From Octopus sinensis (Eukaryota): 64,000 bases of DNA. The position numbers were made by a program, and so were the translations under genes. The DNA lies in NCBI RefSeq assembly GCF_006345805.1, contig NC_043001.1, positions 61,442,001 to 61,506,000 on the forward strand, written 5' to 3'. The notes under the pieces were generated by a model, which did no database searches, was not told where the DNA came from, and saw nothing but the letters and a program-made list of their open reading frames with translations. Positions 1-13,496 of this stretch are shown piece by piece; position 1 is the first letter of the stretch, and every line of letters starts with the position of its first letter.

Positions 1-313
1 ACTAAGTTTTGAAGTGATTCTTTCTCACGACAGTAGACTCATCATGGCAAGCATTCAACACTTCTTCATCATGGACGGCAACACATTGACGATTAAAAGG
101 CTGGCGCAAATTTTTTAGCTTGATGTAACAGAGAATTCCTAAACACCCGCTCCTTTAAATTTTAATCCCCTTCCAGCCCCATTTAGACCCCTTTCCACAT
201 TTTGGTTAATATAACCCGATTTCATTCGGGTCTACTGGGGCCACATTTTATAAGATGAGGAATTTTGTCCTAGAGGTGACGCCTTTCATTTGAGGAACAA
301 AATAGTTGTCATG
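1..313 (-). mobile_element. Fragment of the repeat family at 23212-24415 (putative non-autonomous Helitron B)
   Basis: Near-identical to ~24020-24332 in the same orientation; homology stops abruptly after AATAGTTGTCATG. Confidence 0.65.
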
Positions 314-332
314 AGTAATTTTGTCCTAGAAA

Positions 333-1746
333 ATGATGATGATGATCATGAAGAAGAAGAAGAAGAAGAAGAAGAAGAAAGAAGAAGAAGAAGAAGAAGA
401 AGAAGGAGAAGGAGAAGATGATGATGATGGTGGTGATGATGATGACGACGATGATGATGATAATGATGATGATGAAGAAGAAGAGGAGGAAGAAGAAAAA
501 AACAGAGAAGGGAGAATATGAATGGGTGAAAGTATAGCTGTGATGGGGCTGATTAGTAATGGATTCTATGGAATGTAATATTTGTGTGTGTATATATTTC
601 TTTTATTCTAAAGTTGAGGTATATTAATTGTTTGTCGTAGACCCGTTAAGAAGTGGCCTGTATTTTGTAATAAAGAGATTTTCTTTACTTATTCGTTGTC
701 TCGAGGTTATATCGTCCCTAAATTGGTAGAGGGGGAAAATCCTGAAGTTTGGTGTTTTTTTGTTGGCGCAAGTATCTATGTGTTGGCTAAAAGCTATTTT
801 TCTGCTTTGGGGAATTTTTATCTGGGCCATTCGTTTACGCAAGCCATTTTTTGTTTGGCCTATGCACTGCTCTTGACACCCGGAGCAGGTTAGTGAGTAT
901 ATTAGGTTCTCCGAAGCACATGTGAAGTTGCTTTTCACTGTAAACCGTTGTCCCTGTTTGAAGGAGAACTCTGATTCCTCAATTAGATAGTCGCATATCC
1001 CGCAATTGGGTCTTCCACATTTTTTTACTGTCGGCTTCTGTGTTGAAGAGTGAATTCGGGCTTGTGTTAGGAGACTTTTCATGGATCTAGGCTGTCTTTT
1101 GCTTTTTATGATCGTGTGTGTTTGGAGGATTGTGTTCATTCTGTGGTCTTTTTTTAGGAGGGGTATGTTGTGGAGGATGTTGCCGAAGGCTTCGTTATTG
1201 AGAGGGTTGTGTGTGGAGATGTATGGTAAGGCTTTTGGTTGTAAGTTTTTCTTTGATTTGGGATGTCTCAGTTCCTTGATGTTAAGTTGAAGGGCACGTT
1301 GAATGCACTTGTCAATAAGTGAAGGTGGATAGTTCCTGGTGATAAGGGTATCTTTAGTTCTTGTAGTCGTGTGTCTCTGGTGTTTGCCTTAGAGACTATA
1401 GTGCATATCCTTTTTGCTAGATTGAAGGGGATATTCATCCTGGTGTGTCTGGGGTGGCATGAATTGAATGGAAGATATTGCTTAGAGTCTGTAGGCTTAT
1501 AGTATATGTCTGTTTCTATTATATTATTAGCTTTCTTAATGAGGATATCGAGGAAGGGGAGTTGTTGCTGGCTATATTCCATCGTGAATTGGATGTTTAC
1601 GTCCAGTCCGTTTAAAATTTCCTGGAATTCTATGAGTTTTTCTATATTTTTATGCCAAAGAATGAAACAGTCATCTAGATATCTCTTCCAGTTTTTTCTA
1701 TGTAGATGGGGAAAGGGCTGCCATATCTTTCTAGAACCTTACGATA
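333..1746 (-). mobile_element. Penelope-like retroelement, 5'-truncated inverted copy (RT C-terminus, GIY-YIG, part of 3' UTR)
   Basis: Minus strand reads NWKRYLDDCFILW, LPFLDILI, YYKPTDSKQYL, CGRPNCGIC and IYSLTCSGCQEQCIGQT. Carries a 1-bp and a 15-bp deletion relative to the + copy. Confidence 0.9.
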
Positions 1747-1748
1747 CA

Positions 1749-2606
1749 TTCAATTCATGCCACCCCAGACACACCAGGATGAATATCCCCTTCAATCTAG
1801 CAAAAAGGATATGCACTATAGTCTCTAATGCAAACACCAGAGACACACGACTACAAGAACTAAAAGATACCCTTATCACCAGGAACTATCCACCTTCACT
1901 TATTGACAAGTGCATTCAACGTGCCCTTCAACTTAACATCAAGGAACTGAGACATCCCAAATCAAAGAAAAACTTACAACCAAAAGCCTTACCATACATT
2001 TCCACACACAACCCTCTCAATAACGAAGCCTTCGGCAACATCCACCACAACATACCCCTCCAAAAAAAAGACCACAGAATGAACACAATCTTCCAAACAC
2101 ACACGATCATAAAAAGCAAAAGACAGCCTAGATCCATGAAAAGTCTCCTAACACAAGCCCGAATTCACTCTTCAACACAGAAGCCGACAGTAAAAAAATG
2201 TGGAAGACCCAATTGCGGGATATGCGACTATCTAATTGAGGGATCAGAGTTCTCCTTCAAACAGGGACAACGGTTTACAGTGAAAAGCAACTTCACATGT
2301 GCTTCGGAGAACCTAATATACTCACTAACCTGCTCCGGGTGTCAAGAGCAGTACATAGGCCAAACAAAAAATGGCTTGCGTAAACGAATGGCCCTGCACA
2401 GATCCCAGATAAAAATTCCCCAAAACAGAAAAATAGCTTTTAGCCAACACATAGATACTTGCGCCAACAAAAAAACACCAAACTTCAGGATTTTCCCCCT
2501 CTACCAATTTAGGGACGATACAACCTCGAGACAACGAATAAGTAAAGAAAATCTCTTTATTACAAAATACAGGCCACTTCTTAACGGGTCTACGACAAAC
2601 AATTAA
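1749..2606 (+). pseudogene. PLE polyprotein C-terminus: RT thumb, Zn knuckle and GIY-YIG endonuclease (uninterrupted frame)
   Basis: SCHPRHTRMNIPFNLAKRIC...CGRPNCGIC...NLIYSLTCSGCQEQYIGQT...RMALH...KENLFI; this is the C-terminal part of listed ORF 1506..2606. Confidence 0.88.
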
Positions 2607-3233
2607 TATACCTCAACTTTAGAATAAAAGAAATATATACACACACAAATATTACATTCCATAGAATCCATTACTAATCAGCCCCATCACAGCTATACTT
2701 TCACCCATTCATATTCTCCCTTCTCTTTTTTTTTCTCCTTCTTCCTCTTCTTCTTCATCATCATCATTATCATCATCATCGTCGTCATCATCATCACCAC
2801 CATCATCATCATCATCTTCTCCTTCTCCTTCTTCTTCTTCTTCTTCTTCTTCTTCATCATCATCATCAACATCGTCATCTTCTTCTTCTTCTACTTCTCC
2901 ACCTTCTACCCCTTAACCTTGTCACTAATGCCTTTCAGTATAACGCCTACGCAAATTCCATAAACAATTCCTGAATTGAACTGCGACTGCTGTCCGCCAC
3001 TGACCATTCAAAATACGACCATCAAGGCATTCCCAGATTTCCCCACCCCCTCTTCACATCAGCCTTCTGCTTCTCCTACCCTACCAAGAACTCACAACGA
3101 CCTCGAACACACAAGTGCAAACAAGGGAGTCAGAGAAAGGCAGAATGCCACTTATATCTGAACACTACTATAGAAATATTCCCTTAAAAAAACTTTTCTC
3201 CTAATTTTTCTAAATTTAATTATTTAATCGTTA

Positions 3234-3271
3234 CAGTTGAAAAGGTCTCAAAATGACCGAAACCGGTACTG
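3234..3271 (+). ncRNA. Minimal type I hammerhead ribozyme, U3:A8 core variant
   Basis: cag-TTGAAAA-ggtc[tcaaaat]gacc-GAAA-CCGG-TA-ctg, located in the PLE pseudo-LTR. Confidence 0.7.
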
Positions 3272-3358
3272 AAAGATTCACTATAAAATTATCTTAGCAT
3301 TTTCTATTTTTGACTTGTTTTTTCATATATATCAACTCGTGTGTTCCTTTCCACCCTT

Positions 3359-3437
<79 letters not shown>

Positions 3438-3500
3438 AACACTACACAATATATATATATATTTTAATACACAATATATATATATTTTAACACTACACAA
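3359..3500. repeat. (TA)n microsatellite with three short ATATTTTAA(CAC)TACACAAT units
   Basis: Direct reading. Confidence 0.9.
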
Positions 3501-5450
3501 TGGAAGGAACTGATAGAACTTCAAAATGATGAGGATATAACTATTAAGGAAGCAGACAAGGGAAATGCAGTTGTAATAATGGATACATCATACTATAGAA
3601 ATCTTGTAATTTCCTTGCTTGATGACGACCTACATTATGAAAAAATTACCAACTACACCCCACAAAAAATAATGAAAACTCTATCTTCACTAATTAAAAC
3701 CCATGAAAAGGAACTAACAACCAAAGAGACTGACTTTCTAACAAACTTTAAATGAAATCCTAGCCTCTTCTATGGTCTACCAAAAATCCATAAAAGCCAA
3801 ATTATAAATGAAACCATTACAAAATCACCTAAGACATACATACACACACCTAACCCGGGGGACCTAAAACTACGACCCATTGTAGCTGGCCCAACATGTG
3901 AAACACACAGACTAAGTCTATTTATGGACATCCTCCTGAAACCCTTCCTTAAACATATCGATAGCCATATCAGAGATGACTTAGATATGTTAAACCACCT
4001 CCCAAAAAAGCCAAGGAAGAAACAATCCTGGTTTCATTTGTTGTAGTTAACTTGTATACCAGTATACCTCATAATTATGGACTAGAGGCAATACAGTTCT
4101 GGCTGGACCAATTTCCGGAAGAAATACCAAAAAGGATCAGTAAAGAATTCATTACTAAATCAATTGAATTCATCCTACATAATAACCACTTCATGTTTGA
4201 CAATACATTTTACCGTCAAAAATCCGGAATTGCTATGGGTACAAGGGCAGCACCAGTCATTGCGAACCTAACAATGGGCTACATGGAAATAATCATTTAC
4301 CAGGAATCTTTATCAATCTTTGGAAACCCCCTTTCTCAATACATAAAAGAGAATTGGAAACGATTCTTAGACGATTGTTTTATACTCTGGAATGAAAACC
4401 CAGACGTGCAACAGAAATCAACATAGAAACTTTAAGAAAAGTTCAACACAACAACACACCTTCCCCGAAAATACTACCTTACATATCTACATACAACCCC
4501 AGAAACAAAGAAGCCTTCACCATCATCACCCAGAATTTACCAATACTTCATAAGGACCCCAAATTAAAGGAAATTCTAAACATACATAAAATCATTAAAA
4601 GCTACAAACAACCTAAATCACTTAAAAAGATTCTCACAAAGGCAAAATTGTTTTCTGAAATTACGGATGCAAAAGTAAAAAAATGTGGTAGATCGAACTG
4701 TGCAACATGTCCAAACCTGCTAGAAGGATCAGAATTCCTCTTTAAAGAGGGACAGAAATTCAAGATCAAATCTAACTTTACTTGTGCCTTTGAAAACATA
4801 ATTTATGTCATTAAATGCTCGGGCTGCCACCAGGACTACGTGGGATCCACGGGACTAGCACTCAGACGTAGATGCACACTGCATCGACAACAGATTGCAT
4901 TCCCAGAATAGAGAATGATACCCTTTAGTGAGCATATTGAGAAATGCGCAAAGCAACTACTACCACAATTTTTAATCTTTCCATTTTTACCAATGTGCTA
5001 TCGGATCTTCAACACAAATTAGACTAAACAAAGAAACATCCTTCATTGAAAAGTACAAGCCCAGACTTAACCATGCCAACATACTGATACAGAGAAATTC
5101 ACACCAAGGGAAAGGAAAAATTTTTTTTTTTAATTTTAAGCGATTATCTCCCTTACACCGGAAGAAATCACTCACTACCTCCCCTTATTTAGAACTCTTT
5201 TAAACATAAACATAAAGATAACTCTGTTCAAGATAAACATAACGTCGCAAGAAATTTGAAAAGCTAAACGCGAAACCGGTTTTTCTTCTAAATTATGTCA
5301 TTGTAAGGAAAAACATTTTAATATTCTTCAGACATATTGACGCAAATATATATATTTTTTAACCTTTAAGCCTTCTGTAGTTTTTTCACTTTTTACTATT
5401 TTCTATATATTCAACCACGTGCTTTCACAAACCAACTTTCTTATCTATCT
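3500..5450 (+). mobile_element. Second, diverged Penelope-like element (degenerate RT + GIY-YIG, internal deletion near 4400)
   Basis: IKEADKGNAVVIMD, FYGLPKIHK, LRPIVAGP, LYTSIPH, GIAMGTRAAP, WKRFLDDCF, CGRSNCATC, IYVIKCSGCHQDYVGST; stops and frameshifts present. Confidence 0.92.
5249..5287 (+). ncRNA. Minimal type I hammerhead ribozyme, U3:A8 core variant
   Basis: aagaaa-t-TTGAAAA-gc[taaac]gc-GAAA-CCGG-TT-tttctt. Confidence 0.55.
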
Positions 5451-5453
5451 ATA

Positions 5454-5487
<34 letters not shown>

Positions 5488-6320
5488 AAGCTTGTATGCA
5501 TACGTTGGTATTATTGTATTATTGTATATAAATGTTTGGTTCGGTAATAATATATTATTTGTATAACGGCATGTATGTTTATGCGCAGCTTTTTATATGG
5601 ACGCTTGTGTTATATTGTAGGAATATATAGGACATAAATCATACACTTCACAGTCTGATGCACATATCCTCTCTTCTTCTTTGTATTAAAACCCTTTTCT
5701 TGATGACTGAATCCATTCCTCTAAACTGATATAAAATAACTTAGTAAGAATTAACAAATATATCTAGGATTTTGATATATAGAAGAAACAATCAGACACT
5801 TGTCTGAAAACTTCAGATGATTGATGAATAGAATTAAGCCACCAAGAATTACAATTAATCTGTCCCATCCATGCCTTGCTGAAATTCTAGCGTTAGTCCT
5901 TCCTTCTGGAATCTGTAGACAAATTGACGCTAGCTTAACGTGTTTTTCTTATGTGATTGTGAAGAGTCTCTTATGTAATACATATTATATAATTAACACG
6001 ACTATACTTGTGTTCTGATTCATTCTTTCATGCATGGTATTTGATTTGCAATCCACACGTCACTGAAGCAATTGTAAACCATGGAATAAATGCAATGCCA
6101 TCAGCACCATTATTTGTATACCATAATGTGAGAAAACCTTCCGGGTTAACTATTAGTTTGAAAGATGCTACTAATGGAGACAATTCGTTTATATATGTAT
6201 GCGTGTGTGTTTAATAATAACCACAGTTTTACATTAAACTAATATATAACTCAATACCTTTGTTATAAATTTATTCTTTTACAAGAAAAATATTGAAAGG
6301 GACTTAAATGTTTCGGCCAG

Positions 6321-6412
6321 GTATGCGTATGTGTAAGTGTGTGAGAGTGTGTGTATGTGCGTTTGTGTGTGTGTGCGTGTATGTGTGTGCGTATGTGTGT
6401 GTGTGTGTTTGT

Positions 6413-6457
<45 letters not shown>

Positions 6458-6460
6458 TGT
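6321..6460. repeat. (GT)n microsatellite
   Basis: Direct reading. Confidence 0.9.
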
Positions 6461-6461
6461 C

Positions 6462-7060
6462 ATGCTTCAAACAGCTTACAAGGCCGCTGCCATGAGCAAA
6501 ACACAATTTACCAGTGGTTTCCAGAATTTAGACCAACCTCCTTCAGGAAAATCTACGACCTCTCGAAGGAATGAAAATATGAAAATTCATGAAATGACCT
6601 TGGAGGACCGTTACCGAACAATTGACGAACTTATTGATATGACTGGTGTGTCCTGGAGCTCCTGCAAACAAATTTTGAGTGAGGAATTACGAATGAAAAG
6701 TTGCAGCAAATCTTGTGCGTCGCTTGCTCATGGAAGATAAAAAGCAGTCATGACTGAATGTGTGTCGTGAACTGAAAGATCAGTTGAAATCTGATCCGGA
6801 CCTTTTTTGGAAAATCATCATTGGTGTCAAAAGCAGGTGCAAAGGAATTTTCAGATGTGGAAGAGGTGAAGGAAAAAAAACGACAGAGGCGTTAAAAGGC
6901 ATCATTTCGCAAGAATTCCAGCACTGCTTCAAATAGTGGAAAACCTGCGTGGACCGATGCATTGCTTCAAATGGAAAACACTTTGACGCCAATAAGAGTG
7001 TAAACATGTAAAACTAAGTGAGTAATATAATATTGCAAATTTCCAGTTTCTCTTGAGTAC
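6462..7060 (+). mobile_element. Internally deleted mariner transposase remnant
   Basis: EDRYRTIDELIDMTGVSWSSCKQILSEELRMK (mariner HTH region) and a C-terminal EFQHCFK*WKTCVDRCIASNGKHFD. Confidence 0.75.
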
Positions 7061-8689
7061 TCGGGACGTAGATAAATATTAAACAATTCAGCAGCAAAAT
7101 ATTATATGCAATACATCTCTAGGCAATTATTAATAGCATGACCCGAATTGTCATATCCAATATAATTTTCATCATCTTATTAATACCTCTCTTTTAGCAA
7201 TCGTACAGATGTTTAGTGTAATGTGCATTTGATAATTGTACACTTTCAGATAATATCCCACATTTTAAAACAGCTCCATGTAGGATCAGAAACTGTAAGT
7301 AAAATCCAGTAATTAATTTATACTAAAACATCTTTTCGGTCGACTATACATATTTGTGGATATTAGACTTAACTGTTTACCCATTTAGAAATCAACAATC
7401 TTACACCTGGGCTCTTTTTAGTGGTGTCCATACATTAAAACCAGATTTTCGGTCATAAGATCACTCCGCTTCTCTTTCCATCACCAGCCTCCGAAACGAT
7501 AAAAATAGAGTTATGGGTGGTAATTGGCATCATTCTGGGACATAAGTTTTCAATCAAGCAGATATAGACCCATGTAATAGATTCAAAATTAGGAGACTGT
7601 CAATGTGTGAAGGAAATAATAACAATTACCTTATCACCAATGTTGACATATTTCTTCTAAAAAAGACAATTCTAGAAAAATGTTACCTTTTTCAAACACG
7701 ATATGATATGTTCCTATGAGCAAAATCCAAATTAATGACTCACGTTTGTTTTCTTTAAGAAATAAGAGCATGTTATAAAATACCTTTATGTATAATTCAT
7801 CCAAATGCTGTTACCAGAAACGAAAATAGTTTGCAATATTCTGAGGAATGCAAAATAGGTGTCGTTATAATTGGGAGATCAAAATATTTTGATACGTGTG
7901 TACAGCAGTGGAAAACTCTTCATGAGATGTAATAGCTGAATCTAAGTCAAATCACGCATCGGCATTTTTATAAAAGGAAGGATATGTTTATAAGGTCGTT
8001 ATGAAAAGATAAAATACCGTAGCTGCAATGTTTGCAATTAGGAGCGGTTTTGGAAAAGGCAAAACTGTGTTTATGCCAACAACAGAGGGTATTCTCATGG
8101 GACTTTTTTGTTTGGATAGAGTTGTAGTTTGTTATAACTACTGTTACTATAGTGACACTTCCTTTTCACAATCGATTATGCATCTTGTACAGGTGTCCCT
8201 TATTAATTTAAGCAATTCTTCCAATGCTTCCGTCACACATATTCTGTTTATTTGTACAGCTGTTGCATAATGATGCTATAGTTTTGTTTCAATCACAAGG
8301 TAGATTCATTCTAGAAATGTTTACCATATAGTGGTCCGTCCCATTACTTTTAGATTCTATTTAACTGACACTCCTTTATAGACATCAAATATGATGGAAG
8401 AAGGCCTTTATATTCATTCTATATTGATTATAATCAAATTTCATGTAATGCATATACCTAAAGTCGAATATTTTGCTTTTTTTCTATCATTAAATAAGAT
8501 CTTATGTAATTGGTATATATAAATATATATATATGTGTGTATATATATACACACGCATACACACACACGCACACACACACACAGCCTAAACCACAACACA
8601 CACCACCACACCACATACCACCATACTACATCACATCACACCACCACGCACACTCTAGTACTGACCTCTTCCCAGTACCCACACTATCA

Positions 8690-9049
8690 TCCACACAACT
8701 ACATATGCACGCACACACATCAAGGTCACCAGCCCTCTTCCACACGCACATATATGCTCTCATACACACACGCACGCACACCTTCGTTTTGGGATCACCA
8801 TTACTTTATTATCTCCCCTTCTTCCTAACTCTGCTGTGTGACCCCTCAGTTCAGCATTCGCCATAATAGATCGCTAGCCACTACACATTCTTTATCTTCT
8901 CTCCCTGTTTCTTTCTGTGTTTTTTTCTGTGGAAGAGCGTAGGCTCGAAACTTTAAAGACATTTTCACTCCCGGGCGTTAAACTAATACATCTGTTTATT
9001 GTCTACACCACCTGGCTTCGTCCTTTGTTTTTTTTTTGTGAATTCTCCC

Positions 9050-9050
<1 letters not shown>
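8690..9050 (+). mobile_element. Solo PLE pseudo-LTR with decayed hammerhead (8920-8960)
   Basis: CTGTGGA-a-gagc[gtag]gctc-GAAA-CTTT-AAAGAC has the same layout as the motif at 63545; T-rich tail ending in (TA)n. Confidence 0.6.
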
Positions 9051-9096
<46 letters not shown>

Positions 9097-9547
9097 CAAT
9101 AAGAGCTCAGATTCGTTGTTGAATCTTTTGTGAGGGCTAGGAAAAAGATTAAATCTAATTGTAGCGCGGTGTTTGAATGAAACAAATTAGAGACAATAAA
9201 TACAATCAAGAGGAATACCAAGAAAAATATCTTTAAAGCAATGGTGTAGGAAATAGAATTAAAAGTGTTGAACGAAATAAATGGAGCCCACTGAAATATA
9301 CAAAAGTTCAAGAATATAAATTGTCATGCATTTAATGATTAAAAAGGAGAAAATGATATTACCGTGAAAAAATTAATAATTAAGTTAAAGACATTGTGGT
9401 AAAAGGAGAGAATTGCAGAAAGAGAAGAGAGATATATAAAGAGCAAAAGAGTGAGAGAGGGTGGGGCTAAAATGAAAATCTGAAGGAGAGACAAAGACAA
9501 CAACAATGACAACGTGAGAGAGGACGGAAAAGGGAAATTATTGAAAA

Positions 9548-9951
9548 CTAGCAGTATCGCCCGGCGTTGCTCGGGTTTGTAAGAGAAATAACTATATAAG
9601 CATTTTTAGAGAGTTATAGCCAAAAAAATAGCAAACAAATGCATTAAAAATGGAAAAAAAATTATGGTAAATTTTTTTTAAATCGTTGACTCATCGTAGA
9701 CATTTTTAGAGAGTTACTTCCCTTATATAATAACGAAAAAAATGCCTTAAAATGGAAAAAAATGATGGTAATTTTTTTTTTAAATCGTAGACTCATTGTA
9801 GACGCGCGCTAATACCCAGAAGGGCTCGATATGAATCACGACTATAAGATACCCGGTTTTGGTTAAACTGCACCGCAAAATGTGGAGGTAGTTAGGAATC
9901 TAAATCGTAGGAGACAGACACACTTTCACACTTCACTTTCATATATAAAGA
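9548..9951 (-). mobile_element. Non-autonomous Helitron, family A
   Basis: On the minus strand: 5' TC, subterminal hairpin CCCGAGCAACGCCGGG, 3' CTAG, inserted between A and T; homologous to 22844-23211 and 24604-25006. Confidence 0.9.
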
Positions 9952-12009
9952 TATATTTTAGGGAAGAAATAATTTTTAATAGTGCTTCGCCAAATATTAC
10001 TGGAAACAAAACATTGAGATTTTACATGTTCTAATACAATGTTAAATATCTTTGTTCATAGCAATATGGTGATAGGTTAACTACAAGAAGATGGTTAACT
10101 ACAAAGCTTTAAGTGGAAAATGATTAAAAACAATGAAAAACTATTCAGTTATTTTTTAAAATTAAGTCAGGAGAAGAGAACTTACTTTTACTGAATGACA
10201 CTAGAAGTGACGTCAAAAAGAAATAATAATAACTCTTGATAACCAGAAAATCGTTTTAGAAAGAAGTTATTCCTAAATGAATCGTAAACCGATACGAACC
10301 ATATTTTCAAAGACAATATATCTTCGATTATGATATAGTAGCAATTTCAGTGATGCGACTTTGAACTTAAGGTGGCTTAAGATATTCGTATATTTCAGGA
10401 AAATGATAAACTAGAACAAGTTATTTAGTATGTGTGAATGAATTTGTATATCTGAATGAAAAAAGGGAATCTCTATGCATTTCTTGTTTTTCTATTCAAA
10501 CATAGTCAATCGTTCTTGATCTCAAAAACAAAGATAAGAGTATAATTCTAGCCATTCGTCATATACTTGATTGATATTTAATTTCATTTACTATGATGTC
10601 GTCATTTACTCCGGTAGAAAACTGAAAACTAAACATGAAATAATTTCTTAACCGGATTCGCATGTCATTCGCACTGCACATTCTTTGTTAAAGCCAAATG
10701 CAACAACGTTTTCACCAAACTTCTTGAGTATGGGGTCTCACTAGCGATAAGACAGCAGCTTTCCAGTAGTTCTGAAGGGTAAGGTGGAGGTGTTGAAAAT
10801 GTTGGATAATTTTGTTGTCATCAACTACCCGTCAGTATTATTATGATCTAAGTGAAACGAGATATCGATGATTTCTAATGCTTGAGGTTTTCTTTTGCGG
10901 GCAAAGGAACACGCTGCAACATATTTCTGAAGGTAAGAATAAATCATTGTAAAGATTGACGCAGAATGTTTACTGATAATGGGATTAGATTGTTGGTATA
11001 TAGTTCGAAGGTAATGGAAAGAACACTGACAAGGCTGGTGGTTCAAAGTGTTCATTTTTAACATCGTCTTTTTGTTGGATATATTAGATTTAATCGATCC
11101 CATTATATTACTCATCACTCTAATACCAATTTTGTAACTACCCTGGTTGCAGTATCTATTAATTAAAATGATTGCTAATATAGACGCTAGTGTGAATATT
11201 TCGAAAATAGGTATGTACTAGATATAAGTGACCACAATTCTTGGCATGTAATTCCTTCTTTCATGAACAACAGAAAGATCCTAGTTTTTGTTGAGATTAG
11301 AATTTGCCAGATAATACAAAAAGATTCGAAATACCGTTAAGTACTTCCTACTGTACAATCATCTACTGATGTGGGGAAATTAACTTCGTTTCATAGGTTA
11401 CATTTAGAGAGAGAAGAAGCTCTTCTGAAATGTGAAAGATTATGGTTACATATATGGTTTTCTAGATGCTACCCATCTTCGCCTTAAGCAATTTTAAATT
11501 CTAACACAAGCTTTTTCCATGTAAAGTTGTTGGTATAAATTATAGGAAACACTCAATCGATTCGTAAAATGAAATGCTTTCTTTATGATGCAATCTCTAA
11601 CAGTTTCATAGTTATGTTGGTCGTTTCACTTCTATTAACGCGTTTTAGTAAACCTAACCACATCTGAAACAACAGCTGGAATTTTTTCGATGCACTTACA
11701 TTCATTCCTTTCCATTGCTATTCAGCTAGTTTTCATTTCTGAAAATTAAATTTAGTTTTACATAAATATTTGTAGATTTTTTTAATCACAATGCAGATAG
11801 TTTGTAGGGAAATAATTTTTGTCACTACATTAATGCATTTTATCGAATATATCATGAATCTTAAAAGGCTTGGTAAATCTACATTGCGCAATATCTCAAA
11901 ATTCATAGGACATCATTTTCCCTCCTGCAAAAGAAGGATACTAAAGACGATCAACATGAACCATTGGCTCATGAGGCTGGTTTGTCGGGTTCTGTAGCGT
12001 ATATATTAC

Positions 12010-12180
12010 TCTGCTGCACGGAACACTTATCCGTCGCAGGAATACTCATTTTTGCCAGCTGAGCAGACTAAAGCAACTTGAAATTAAGTGTTTTGCTCAA
12101 GAACACAATACATTGCTTGGTACAGGAATTGAAACTATAATCTTACGCTAATGAGTGCAATACATCAAGCCGCGTGCCTC
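12010..12180 (-). mobile_element. Degenerate tRNA-type SINE fragment
   Basis: TTGCTCAAGAACACAA and flanks are the reverse complement of the SINE at 49727-50043. Confidence 0.6.
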
Positions 12181-13445
12181 TTTACTAAACATAATTTAAA
12201 CACCAAAGTTGTATTCGGTATGGTTATATCATTTGTCTCTCTATTTCAAATAATTTATTATGCCACACCGCCTGTTTTCTCACAAGAAACGAATTGCTCG
12301 TTTTGCAATTCAGTCATGTACGAATCCACCGAAACAGAATTTCATACACAACAATGTTCGATCCCAGTCATATACAGACACACGCACATAAACATATGCA
12401 TATATATGCATTCATTTGTGCGAATGATTTTGTATTACTGCTTAACTTACGTATAACTACAAATATTTTACAATACAATATAATATTTGAAAACTCAAAG
12501 GCGCATGCTTTCTAGAACAATAAAAATGCATTTTCTATTTACTACTTCTCATGTGTACGTTACTATTCGGATTTATCTGCGAGTGTACATTTATGCACAT
12601 TTAAAAAAAGAAACAAATATATATTTCCCAAGTAAAAAGAAATACATGTGGTTTCAGAAAATAAATTTTGTGAATCTTACAAAGTAATAACAACTATGCT
12701 ATGTGAGCTGTTGATTTTATACGCACGAGATTTAAGTTTTTAACCCATACGCCTCAGTTATGTTTTGCATATTTCATATATCATCTCCGATTATATTTGT
12801 GCATTATTGTGCGTGATCACATGCATGTTTTCATATTTTCGAGTTAAAAAAGTAGAGGTCAAAATAGAAACCGATATGCGTGTATACGTATAACTTTGCA
12901 CTAAAATATTCTATATAATTATGTAAGTGTATGTATAAATATGCATTATGTATGTTAGGCATTCATACACTAACACACATTTCAAAAAGCAATATAATCG
13001 TATGAAACGTGTCTATACTGATGTGAAGATATTTCTATTGTACCTCTGTCAGTGGTAATTTATAAAGTGCATATAACATGTGCCAGTTTACATTAGGAAG
13101 AGTCTGTATGAGAGCAGTATCTTCAAAGAAATCTGCATTACATATCGAAATTATAATTCTAGAAGGATTTATTATTGGGTTTGGATGCTCCATGAACTTT
13201 ATACATCTATTGTAAAACACATAGGTTTTGATAAAGTATCCATAAATAGAAATACAAGATTCTCAAGTGAGTTCAGTAGTTGTGTAGATGCTACCTACGG
13301 TCATTTGCTACCAAATAAACAGCTTCGGTATAGGCTATTCAATGATAGATACAATTCTAAGTTTCCTGGTTTATACCGCAGATGAAGCTTTCTGTATGTA
13401 TATATATATATAATATATATATATATATATTTATTTTATAGAAGG

Positions 13446-13496
13446 AGCTTCTACAGGACTAGAACTGTTTCATTCAAAAGAAATCATCAGGAAGCT
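13446..13496 (-). ncRNA. Type I hammerhead ribozyme (canonical core)
   Basis: Reverse complement of 14674-14724. Confidence 0.85.

Larger units (their letters stand above)
1747..3358 (+). mobile_element. Penelope-like retroelement, 5'-truncated copy with 3' UTR/pseudo-LTR
   Basis: Thumb region plus GIY-YIG ORF ending at 2606, a (CTT)/(CAT) microsatellite UTR, an HHR motif at 3234-3271, ending in (TA)n. Confidence 0.92.

Noticed and set aside
333-521. Poly-K/E/D ORF and the many YI/CV/TH-repeat ORFs
   Set aside because: They are translations of microsatellites.
1506-1748. N-terminal 81 aa of the 366-aa ORF as a novel domain fused to GIY-YIG
   Set aside because: It is the antisense reading of the inverted RT fragment; the fusion is a by-product of the palindrome junction.
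5760-13390. Possible host exons in unique stretches (5760-6200, 7380-7640, 10700-11120, 13030-13390)
   Set aside because: No recognisable protein motif or consistent splice and frame pattern; BLASTx or RNA-seq would be needed.
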